From NCBI GenBank assembly GCA_038046625.1, contig JBBSVV010000016.1:1-20474 (forward strand): DNA of 20,474 bases. The letters run 5' to 3'. Source of the stretch: an archaeon (lineage in GTDB: Archaea; Iainarchaeota; Iainarchaeia; Iainarchaeales; Iainarchaeaceae). The notes beneath the pieces are model-generated. The model did not search any database and had not been told where the DNA came from. It worked only from the letters and a program-made list of their open reading frames with translations. This document shows positions 7,788 through 15,385 of this stretch, piece after piece (within the stretch, counting starts at the first letter, position 1; each line of letters begins with the position of its first letter). The translations under genes were made by a program, and so were the position numbers.

Positions 7788-9482
7788 ATGGATTTTGAAC
7801 AACCCAAAAGGAATCCTCGCCATTCATGGCGAGGTTTTTGCTCGGATTCCTTTTCCGTTGACGGTCATCAAGAGACCTCACGGGCTTCAGCCCGTGGTGC
7901 TCAGAGATTTTTCTCTAAAACGGTTTTTTTCATCCTGATTTTTTTCCAGGTAATAATATTGTCCTCCGCCCTCACGGGTTTTTTTTGGCTGAACTCATAC
8001 TTCGTGCTTTTATTTTCACTTGTTTCCTCTTTTTTGATTTTCAAAAAATTTTATTTCAGTGAATTTGTTGTTCCAAAAAAAATTCTGCTTCTTTCCCTGC
8101 TGCTGGTTTCGCTCCTCGCGTATCCCGTGCTTTTATTGACGCCTTTCTTCCCCGCGAGCGCGGATCCAACAACTACGGGCAGCGTCGCTTTCCTCGGCGA
8201 TAAAATCCCGCAGGATTACCAGCCTTATTCCCCGCTTAATTTCGGGTACCAAATCGGGTTTCCCCTGCTTGTGAACGCGTTTTCGGATATTTTCACCTTT
8301 CTTCCCGTTTACCTGTGGTCATGGCTCCTGTCCCTTGTTTCGGGCGCATTGCAGCTGTTCGGGGTTTACTTTGTTGCGCGCGAATTCTTCAAAAGCGAAA
8401 AAGCGGCGGAGTTCGCATCATTGCTGTTTTTCGGGACCAAGCTTGTTTATGAAAACTTTTATGTGGGGGAATACGCGTGGCTGCTTGCAACCGGGCTAAT
8501 GCTGTTCACGCTGTATTTTGCCGCGAAAAAATCCGGCATGCAGTACCTTCTTTTCCCGGTAATATTGGTTCTTCATCCGGCAATAGCTTTCAACGCGCTT
8601 ATTTTCTTTGCCATTGCATGGCTTTTTTACCCGGGTTACTTTGAGCTGCCGAAAATTTTTGCTTCGGCCGTGTTCGCGCTTCCGGCCTTTTTTGCCAATT
8701 ATTCGCCCATAATTTTCAACGTTCTTTTCGGGGCCGGCCTGTCATCATGGGAGCCGGGAAGAGGTTTGCTGTATTATGCGCAGCTGCTTCCAACGTGGAT
8801 AGGGTTCGCGGTTTTTTTCGTGTTCGCGGTTTCTTTCGCTTACCTTGCCCTGCAAAAATTTTCTTTTACAAGGGAGCAGAAAATGTTCGGCGTGCTTTTT
8901 GCTTCGGGCACTTTGCTTTACCTGTTGTTCGGATTTTTCGGCGTAATGCTGGCGGGCAAGGCGGTTGAACTGGCGCTGCTGGGGGTTCTCTTTCTGGCCG
9001 CGTCTTTCCTGGAAAAAATACGCCTGCCGGATACAAGCCGGTTCAAACTGGCATTATTGGTTTTCTGCCTGGTTTTTTTCTTCACTTCCTCAATACTCAC
9101 GCATTATAGGGGCGGCTCTAAAATAACGCTTGAAGAGGCAACGTTTGCGGCCGACTTCAGGGAGTTCGACCCAGAATTGTCCAGAACACTCTTTTTGGCG
9201 CCTTACTCTTACAAAATCGCCGAGTTCTCAAACAAAGTGCCGTTTGACCTGACGGGGCATTACCTGAGTGATGTGAAACTGCTTTATTATTCGCAGGAAG
9301 AATACGCCAGGTTTAAGGGCCTCCCGAAAATAACGCAGTCAATAGTTGACACTTTGTGCGATGAGTGCATTGACGGCCTTGACGTAAAGTATGTTGTGGT
9401 CAAAAACGGTTATTACGGGAAAACCCTTGATTATCCCGTTGCCTTTTCAACAAGGGGTTTTGTGGTTTACAGGAAAACCTGA
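7788..9482 (+). CDS. Polytopic membrane protein, putative GT-C-fold glycosyltransferase
   Basis: 564 aa with more than 10 hydrophobic segments, an early loop ASADPTT...YQIGFPLL and a soluble C-terminal tail ending KYVVV...FVVYRK. Located behind a Dol-P sugar synthase. The function is inferred from architecture and context. Confidence 0.6.
   Translation: MDFEQPKRNPRHSWRGFCSDSFSVDGHQETSRASARGAQRFFSKTVFFILIFFQVIILSSALTGFFWLNSYFVLLFSLVSSFLIFKKFYFSEFVVPKKILLLSLLLVSLLAYPVLLLTPFFPASADPTTTGSVAFLGDKIPQDYQPYSPLNFGYQIGFPLLVNAFSDIFTFLPVYLWSWLLSLVSGALQLFGVYFVAREFFKSEKAAEFASLLFFGTKLVYENFYVGEYAWLLATGLMLFTLYFAAKKSGMQYLLFPVILVLHPAIAFNALIFFAIAWLFYPGYFELPKIFASAVFALPAFFANYSPIIFNVLFGAGLSSWEPGRGLLYYAQLLPTWIGFAVFFVFAVSFAYLALQKFSFTREQKMFGVLFASGTLLYLLFGFFGVMLAGKAVELALLGVLFLAASFLEKIRLPDTSRFKLALLVFCLVFFFTSSILTHYRGGSKITLEEATFAADFREFDPELSRTLFLAPYSYKIAEFSNKVPFDLTGHYLSDVKLLYYSQEEYARFKGLPKITQSIVDTLCDECIDGLDVKYVVVKNGYYGKTLDYPVAFSTRGFVVYRKT
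7798..7904 (+). mobile_element. Miniature IS200/IS605-end-like palindromic element, in frame within a CDS
   Basis: Hairpins CCTCGCCA-TTCA-TGGCGAGG (7815-7834) and CACGGGC-TTCA-GCCCGTG (7879-7896), plus an 11-bp inverted repeat AAAAGGAATCC/GGATTCCTTTT (7806-7816, 7844-7854). Related sequences occur at 13215 and 16937. Confidence 0.6.
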
Positions 9483-9527
9483 GGCGCGTTGCCAATATTT
9501 TTAATACAATCTAACCGACTCTTTTTT

Positions 9528-10466
9528 ATGAAAGTCTTGATAACGGGCTGTGCAGGTTTTATAGGAAGCAACCTCGCCAAACAACTTGTAAAGAATAACG
9601 TCCCGATAGTGGGAGTGGATAATTTTTTCGGCAATTACGGTGTTTCGCTCAAGAAAAAAAACATTGCCCCCATCCTGGAAAGCAAACTGGCGGAATTCAT
9701 CGAAGGGGACATTAATGGCCAAAAACTATTTGAAAGGCTTTCAAAAAAATCCATTACCCATGTCGTTCATCTTGCGGCCAGGACAGGCGTAAGGGATTCT
9801 TCCAAGTATCCTGGCGAATACCTGAAAACCAACATCATAGGCTCCCTTAATGTCCTCAATTTTGCCCGCGACAACAAAATAAAATCGGTTGTATTGGCAT
9901 CAACTTCCAGTGCTTATGGAAAGAACAAAACCCCGTTTAACGAGGAACAAAAAGTTTCCACCCCGCTAAACATTTATGCTGCCTCAAAAATCGGCATGGA
10001 AAACCTCGCCCATTCATTCCACCATTTGTACGGCACCCCGATTACAATACTCCGTTTTTTCACGGTTTACGGGCCCGGGGGGCGCCCCGACATGGCGGTT
10101 TACAAATTTGCCGATTTAATTTCAAAAGGCAAACAAATAGAAGTTTATGGTGACGGAAAAGCCAAAAGAGATTTTACTTTTGTTTCTGATGCGGTTGATT
10201 CAATAATTTTGTCATTAAAAAGGACAAGCGGTTTTGAGATTTTTAATATTGGGGACTCAGATTCCCGGAATTTATCTGAATTAATTTTTTTATTGGAAAA
10301 AAATTTAGACGTAAACGCAAAAATAAAATATTCTGCAAAAATGAAAGAAGATGTTGATGAAACACTTGCCGATATTTCAAAAGCCGAAAAATTATTGGGT
10401 TATTCTCCAAAAGTAAATCTTGAAGACGGAATAAAAGTTTTTGTAGACTGGTTTAAAAATCAGTGA
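9528..10466 (+). CDS. NAD-dependent epimerase, UDP-glucuronate 4-epimerase-like
   Basis: MKVLITGCAGFIGS, HLAARTGVRDS, ASTSSAYG, YAASK, LRFFTVYGPGGRPDMA and RDFTFVSD. ATG 9528 is preferred over TTG 9489 because TTTTTAAT lies at 9498-9505. Confidence 0.9.
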   Translation: MKVLITGCAGFIGSNLAKQLVKNNVPIVGVDNFFGNYGVSLKKKNIAPILESKLAEFIEGDINGQKLFERLSKKSITHVVHLAARTGVRDSSKYPGEYLKTNIIGSLNVLNFARDNKIKSVVLASTSSAYGKNKTPFNEEQKVSTPLNIYAASKIGMENLAHSFHHLYGTPITILRFFTVYGPGGRPDMAVYKFADLISKGKQIEVYGDGKAKRDFTFVSDAVDSIILSLKRTSGFEIFNIGDSDSRNLSELIFLLEKNLDVNAKIKYSAKMKEDVDETLADISKAEKLLGYSPKVNLEDGIKVFVDWFKNQ

Positions 10467-11116
10467 TTTTTTTGTTCTTTTAATATATTTTCTCTAGCTG
10501 CCTTGTGCTGTATCTCTGTCACAACCCCGCCTACATGGCCCACAATAATTGATGAGTCAACTTTTACTTCAAAGCCACTTTTGGTTGCAAGATTACAGAA
10601 GAAAACGTCTTCACCCATGCAGTTATTCTTGTCAATTTGAGGGGTATCAAATAAGAATTTTCCCGGATTATCTTCAGTCATTTTTTCAATTACTTTTCTC
10701 TTAATCAGACAGCAACCCATGCCAACCGAATCAACTTTGAAAATTCGATTCTCAGGATAATCAATAACTTTCATAACTTTTCCGTCTTTGTGTATTCTGA
10801 ATACGGGATTTTCCGGATCGTTCCTGGAAAAATAAAGAGCGCTAATTATATCCTCATCTTTTTCTTTGAGCAGGTCAAAAATGTTCGGAGGGAAAACCAT
10901 GTCGCTGTCAAGGAAAAAAAGGTATTCACAATCACTCTCTAAAAACAAGTTAAGAGTTTGTTGTCTTGCCATGCTAATGTACATATTATCGATTATAATC
11001 ATTGCAGGAGAATGGTTTTTTTGCATATACCCCGAAAATACAAAAAAACTCTTGAAAAATTCTGATGGAACCAATTTGTAAATTGGCAAGCCAATCGCTA
11101 CTCTTTCTTTATCCAT
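10460..11116 (-). CDS. GT-A fold (GT2-like) glycosyltransferase
   Basis: VAIGLP, ISMARQ, YLFFLDSDMVFP (DxD), VDSVGMGCCLIKR, GEDVFFC and VGHVG. AT-rich and opposite in orientation to both neighbours. Confidence 0.8.
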   Translation of the reverse strand: MDKERVAIGLPIYKLVPSEFFKSFFVFSGYMQKNHSPAMIIIDNMYISMARQQTLNLFLESDCEYLFFLDSDMVFPPNIFDLLKEKDEDIISALYFSRNDPENPVFRIHKDGKVMKVIDYPENRIFKVDSVGMGCCLIKRKVIEKMTEDNPGKFLFDTPQIDKNNCMGEDVFFCNLATKSGFEVKVDSSIIVGHVGGVVTEIQHKAARENILKEQKNH

Positions 11117-11242
11117 AAAACAATGTTATTCACAAAAAATATTAACCCTGCATATTTGCGGAATCCCGGAATTTTAGCTCATTTTAGTTGTATTAGGGTA
11201 ATCCGAACTATTATTACTGGTACAATGCTAGACAAACAATGC

Positions 11243-11250
11243 TTTTTAAT
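11243..11250 (+). promoter_or_regulatory. Archaeal TATA box
   Basis: TTTTTAAT at -30 to -23 relative to ATG 11273, with no SD motif. Confidence 0.5.
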
Positions 11251-11272
11251 CATTAGTTGACCTGTAGTTTAC

Positions 11273-12214
11273 ATGAAGCTAGTTGTCACGATTCCGGCTT
11301 TCAACGAGGAGAAAACAATCGGGAAAGTGATTCAGGAGATACCCCAAAAAATTCCGGGAATCACAAAAATAGGTGTGCTGGTAATTGATGACGGCTCTTC
11401 CGATTCGACTTCGGATGTTTCGCGAAAATTCGGGGCAACCGTAATAAGGAACACTTCCAACAGGGGCCTTGCACAGGCATTTTCCAGGGGCATGGCAAGG
11501 GCGCTCGAAATGGGCGCCGACATAATAGTGAACACCGATGCGGATTTCCAGTACAACCAGGCGCAGATTCCGCTGCTGGTCAAGCCCATTGTGGATGGAA
11601 AATCCGACATAGTGCTAGGCTCGAGGTTCCGCGGAAAAATAGAGCACATGCCCCTCCACAAGAAACTCGGGAACCAGTTGGTGTCATTGCTGATGCGCAC
11701 AATTACCGGCATCCCCCTGACCGATTCCCAAACAGGGTTCAGGGCTTTTTCCAGGGAGGCCGCGCTGAGGATAAGCATTTTTTCCGATTACACTTACACC
11801 CAGGAAACAATCCTCGAGGCGTTTGACAAAAAACTTTTAATAATGGAGGTTCCGGTAGATTTCAGGAAGAGGGACGGGCCTTCCAGGCTCATTTCCAACA
11901 TTTTTGTTTACGCCAAAAGGGTGGGCCTCACGATACTTTCATCTTACCTGAATTACCGCCCCCTGAAGGTTTTTTCTTTTGTAGGCGCCCTCATGTTTCT
12001 TGCCGGAACAATGTTCGGGCTCCGCGTGCTCGTGCACTACATTTCCACGGGCCTTGTTTCGCCTTACCTCCCGAGCGCGGTCCTGTCTGCCCTGCTCCTC
12101 ATAGTGGGCTTTCAGGTGATAATAATCGGCCTCATTGCCGAGATAATGAAGAGGTCCAGGAAAGTCCAGGAAGAAATATTGTATTATGAGAAAAAAAATG
12201 TGCTGAAAAAATAG
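11273..12214 (+). CDS. GT2 glycosyltransferase, DPM1-like with two C-terminal TM helices
   Basis: VTIPAFNEE, IDDGSSD, NRGLAQA, VNTDADFQY, IVLGSRF and DSQTGFRAFSR, followed by two hydrophobic helices. Confidence 0.92.
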   Translation: MKLVVTIPAFNEEKTIGKVIQEIPQKIPGITKIGVLVIDDGSSDSTSDVSRKFGATVIRNTSNRGLAQAFSRGMARALEMGADIIVNTDADFQYNQAQIPLLVKPIVDGKSDIVLGSRFRGKIEHMPLHKKLGNQLVSLLMRTITGIPLTDSQTGFRAFSREAALRISIFSDYTYTQETILEAFDKKLLIMEVPVDFRKRDGPSRLISNIFVYAKRVGLTILSSYLNYRPLKVFSFVGALMFLAGTMFGLRVLVHYISTGLVSPYLPSAVLSALLLIVGFQVIIIGLIAEIMKRSRKVQEEILYYEKKNVLKK

Positions 12215-12229
12215 TTTTGTTGCCGTGGT

Positions 12230-13210
12230 ATGATGAAGTTTGACAGAAGAATTCTCCTGTTCATAGGGCTGTTTTTTTTTGCGTTCATTTTGTCAAGGGT
12301 TGACCTGGGGCTTGTTGCAGTAACGCTCGTGGGCATTGATGCGGCTATTTATGTTTCTGCCCTCTTTGTTCTCCTCATGCTGATTTTGCTGAAGGGCCTG
12401 AAGTGGAAAGCCATACTGAAGAGCCAGGGGCAGGTCATTTCCCTTGCAGAATCCACCCGGCTGGTGAACGTGGGTTTTTTTGTGAGCAGCGTTACCCCCG
12501 GCAGGATAGGGGATTTCGTGCGGGCGCTTTACCTCAAGGATGACGGTGTGCCGCTTTCCATAGGGGTTTCCTCCGTTATTCTCGACAGGATAATTGACGT
12601 GAGCATTCTCCTGGGTTTCGCGCTGCTTTCGAGCCTCGCTTTCATAAGCTTTTATGGTTACTCCGCCGTTTCCGTGGAACTGATTTTTTCAGTGTTCCTG
12701 GTTTTCATTTTTGGTGTTTTTCTCCTCTTCAAGGAAAAGTACCTGAAGATTCTCCTCAGGCCGGCCTTTAACTTCATTGTCCCTGATGACATGAAGGAGA
12801 GGGTTTCGGTCGGGTTCTCAAGTTTTTTTTCCGCGCTGAAACTCGTGAAAAAAAGCCCCGTGCTTTTCCTGTCCTCGGTGCTCCTGGGCATTGTCATTTG
12901 GGTAGTGGGCACGTTCTTTTTCTATCTTCTCGCGGTTTCCCTGTCAATAGGCATGCCGCTTGAATTCGCTTTCCTCGTCTTCCCGATAACTTCTCTTCTT
13001 GACCTTCTCCCGATAAGCATTTCCGGAATCGGCACGAGGGATGTTTCCCTGGTATTCCTGCTTTCATTCGTTTCCGTGTCAAGCGAGAGTGCCGTGGCCC
13101 TTTCACTCCTTTTTTTCTTCACGGGTTACGTGCTCGTGTCATTTTTCGGCTTCATGTTTTTCCTCCGCAGGCCCATCAGCATGCGGTTTCTCGACAGCAA
13201 AATAATGTGA
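12230..13210 (+). CDS. UPF0104 / lysylphosphatidylglycerol synthase TM-domain flippase-like protein
   Basis: Polytopic protein with LKWKAIL, VTPGRIGDFVRALYL, SSVILDRIID and LPISISGIGTRD. Confidence 0.88.
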   Translation: MMKFDRRILLFIGLFFFAFILSRVDLGLVAVTLVGIDAAIYVSALFVLLMLILLKGLKWKAILKSQGQVISLAESTRLVNVGFFVSSVTPGRIGDFVRALYLKDDGVPLSIGVSSVILDRIIDVSILLGFALLSSLAFISFYGYSAVSVELIFSVFLVFIFGVFLLFKEKYLKILLRPAFNFIVPDDMKERVSVGFSSFFSALKLVKKSPVLFLSSVLLGIVIWVVGTFFFYLLAVSLSIGMPLEFAFLVFPITSLLDLLPISISGIGTRDVSLVFLLSFVSVSSESAVALSLLFFFTGYVLVSFFGFMFFLRRPISMRFLDSKIM

Positions 13211-13214
13211 CTGC

Positions 13215-13262
13215 AACAACCCAAAACAATCCACTGCCTTTAGGCGGCGGTCTTTTTGGTCT
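13215..13262 (+). repeat. Partial second copy of the palindromic element at 7798
   Basis: AACAACCCAAAA-C-AATCC, then CCACTGCC-TTTA-GGCGGCGG, then TCTTTTTGGTC. Aligns with 7798-7843. Confidence 0.65.
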
Positions 13263-13268
13263 GCTATC

Positions 13269-13311
13269 TAGCAAACCACGAAAGTTTTTCAGTTTTTCCC
13301 GTGGTTTGCTA
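13269..13311. repeat. 43-bp palindrome (12-bp perfect arms)
   Basis: TAGCAAACCACG (13269-13280) and CGTGGTTTGCTA (13300-13311) around a T-rich loop. Confidence 0.8.
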
Positions 13312-13364
13312 TAGCATGTTTTTTAAACTAAACCGGGTTTGAATCCTTATTCACGGTGTTTTAA

Positions 13365-14294
13365 TTGGGCAGACTGATTTTGTATTCTTTTTTTGCTTTT
13401 CTTACCGGGGTATTCCTTTATTCGCTCTTTTTTGCCAACTGGCTCCTTGATTTTTTCTGTTCATGCGGCTTCCAGGCCGGCGCATTAATCGATGCATCGA
13501 ATTGGCTGTTCCTGTTTTCGGTTCTCGGCTTTATGGCGGAATTCGCATTCATGAAATTGAATGAAAAGCCGAGAACGGTGAGGCAGGACCCAATCACAAA
13601 CCCGCAAATAAGCGTGGGGATGACCGCTTACAATGACGAGCTTTCCATCGGAGGCGCCGTGAGGGATTTCAAAAAAATGAGCGAAGTGGTGAACATTGTT
13701 GTTATTGACAACAATTGCGTGGACAAAACAGCCGAGGTCGCGAGGAAGGCCGGCGCAAAAGTCGTAAAAGAACCAATACAGGGGTACGGGGCCGCGTGTG
13801 TCCGCGCCCTCAAGGAAGCGAGGAAGGCCGGCAACCTTATCTGCCTTGTTGAGGGCGACCAGACCTATTTTGCGGCCGACATCAAGAAACTCCTTGCTTA
13901 CATTGAAAATGTCGACATGGTGGTTGGAACAAGGACCACCATGGAAATCGTGGCTTCCGATTCGCAGGTAACCCCATTCATTCAGATAGGCAACATTTTT
14001 GTTGCAAAGCTCATCCAGCTCAGGTATTGGGGAAAGCTGAGGCTCACCGATGTCGGATGCACTTACAGGCTGATACGCCCGGAAGCCCTTGATAAAATCA
14101 TTGGTAATTTTGATGTCACCGGAAACCACTTTTCCCCGCACATGATAATGGCGGCACTGAAAATGGGCCTCAAGGTTATTGAATGCCCGATTGCTTTCAG
14201 AAAAAGAGTAGGGCAGAGCAAGGGCGTTGGGAACGATTTTGTGAAGGGCCTGATTAACGGTTTCCAAATGATTTTTGATATCATGAAATCGTGA
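13365..14294 (+). CDS. GT2 glycosyltransferase (DPM1-like) with two N-terminal TM helices
   Basis: Hydrophobic N-terminus, then ISVGMTAYNDE, IDNNCVD, QGYGAAC, LVEGDQTY, MVVGTR, TDVGCTYRLI and RVGQSK. TTG start after GGTG. Confidence 0.9.
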   Translation: MGRLILYSFFAFLTGVFLYSLFFANWLLDFFCSCGFQAGALIDASNWLFLFSVLGFMAEFAFMKLNEKPRTVRQDPITNPQISVGMTAYNDELSIGGAVRDFKKMSEVVNIVVIDNNCVDKTAEVARKAGAKVVKEPIQGYGAACVRALKEARKAGNLICLVEGDQTYFAADIKKLLAYIENVDMVVGTRTTMEIVASDSQVTPFIQIGNIFVAKLIQLRYWGKLRLTDVGCTYRLIRPEALDKIIGNFDVTGNHFSPHMIMAALKMGLKVIECPIAFRKRVGQSKGVGNDFVKGLINGFQMIFDIMKS

Positions 14295-14309
14295 AAAAGG
14301 GGGCTTTTT

Positions 14310-15236
14310 TTGTCTTGCAACATCTGCGGTTCCGGCAATGCGGTTTTTTTCCTGAAATGCGCGGATTTCGAGTTCCGCGAAAAACAAGTGGAACTCTCAA
14401 AGTGCGGCTCCTGCGGAACAATTTTTGTCAATCCGCTTCCCCCGGATAAGGAACTTTCCGGGTATTACAGGGGGAATTATTATGAAAAACCCGGTTTTAT
14501 TTTCGGCATAATACAGGGCCTGAGGAAAGTTTTTTTTTCCGGAATAACGCCCGGAAAGGTTCTCGATGTCGGCTGTGGTGCCGGCACCTTTCTCAAAACA
14601 ATGAAAAATCTTGGCTGGGAATGCTCGGGCATCGAGGTTTCTGAGTCGTCAAAAAAATTCACGCGCAAATTAAAATCACAGGGAATTGATGTAAAATACG
14701 GCGACCTGCTGAAGGCCGATTATAAAAAAAATTCTTTTGGCCTCATTACATTCTGGCATGTTGTCGAACATTTGAAAAAGCCGGGGCTCTATCTTGAACG
14801 CGCCAACGAATTGCTGAAAAAGGGTGGGCTGCTTTTCATAGCCGTTCCGAACATCGACAGCTTCAGTTTCAGGCTTTGGAAATCCAATTGGTTCCACCTG
14901 GATGTTCCCAGGCACCTTAACCATTTTTCCCCGGGAACCATTTCCGCCTTGGTTGAAAAAAACGGGTTTAGGGTAGTAAAAATATCCCATTATTCATTTG
15001 AATTCAACCCTTTCGGGGTCCTGCAGTCTCTGTATAATTCGCTTGGGTTCGAATTCGATTTCCTGTACAAACTAATGAAAAAAAAACCCGTGAAAACAGG
15101 GGCGAGTTACTATCTGCAATTGTCATTGACTTTAATAACCCTGCCTGTAATGGCGCCGCTTTCCACGGCGCTGGCATACCTGTTTTCACTGGCCGGAAGA
15201 GGGGATACGATTCAGGTGCTGGCCGAGAAGCATTGA
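14310..15236 (+). CDS. Class I SAM-dependent methyltransferase with N-terminal Zn-binding motif
   Basis: CNICG...CGSCG, VLDVGCGAG, GIEVS, ITFWHVVEHL, GGLLFIAVPN and VPRHLNHFS. Confidence 0.92.
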   Translation: MSCNICGSGNAVFFLKCADFEFREKQVELSKCGSCGTIFVNPLPPDKELSGYYRGNYYEKPGFIFGIIQGLRKVFFSGITPGKVLDVGCGAGTFLKTMKNLGWECSGIEVSESSKKFTRKLKSQGIDVKYGDLLKADYKKNSFGLITFWHVVEHLKKPGLYLERANELLKKGGLLFIAVPNIDSFSFRLWKSNWFHLDVPRHLNHFSPGTISALVEKNGFRVVKISHYSFEFNPFGVLQSLYNSLGFEFDFLYKLMKKKPVKTGASYYLQLSLTLITLPVMAPLSTALAYLFSLAGRGDTIQVLAEKH

Positions 15237-15238
15237 TT

Positions 15239-15385
15239 ATATCAAAAGACATTATTTTAAAAACTTTTCAAGAGGTCTTTTGCTAGCTACGATTCAAATC
15301 CTTTGGATTTGAATGTACATTCAAACCATCGGTTTGAATTGTATCAAAGGACAATTTTTGTTTCTTTATTTTTGTCCTTTGATAT
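15239..15385. repeat. Cluster of four hairpins filling a convergent intergenic gap (REP/MITE-like, possible terminator role)
   Basis: TATCAAAAGAC...GTCTTTTGCTA (15240-15285); ATTCAAATCC-TTT-GGATTTGAAT (15292-15314); ATTCAAACC-ATC-GGTTTGAAT (15319-15339); TATCAAAGGACAA...TTGTCCTTTGATA (15342-15384). Confidence 0.8.

Noticed and set aside
7797..7863. Possible integron attC site (AAC...GTT flanking a hairpin)
   Set aside because: The ends do not fit RYYYAAC/GTTRRRY well, the copy at 16937 is too short, genes are not arranged as cassettes, and no integrase is present.
9489..9527. TTG-initiated N-terminal extension of the epimerase
   Set aside because: The region contains the TATA box and the Rossmann fold begins at ATG 9528.
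12272..15086. 9-nt homopolymers in CDSs (T9 at 12272 and 14530, A9 at 15078) as phase-variation tracts
   Set aside because: A/T runs of 6-8 nt are common throughout the window and all frames are intact. Read-level length variation would be needed.
15292..15339. Mini CRISPR array
   Set aside because: Only two non-identical units separated by 4 nt, with no spacers and no cas genes.
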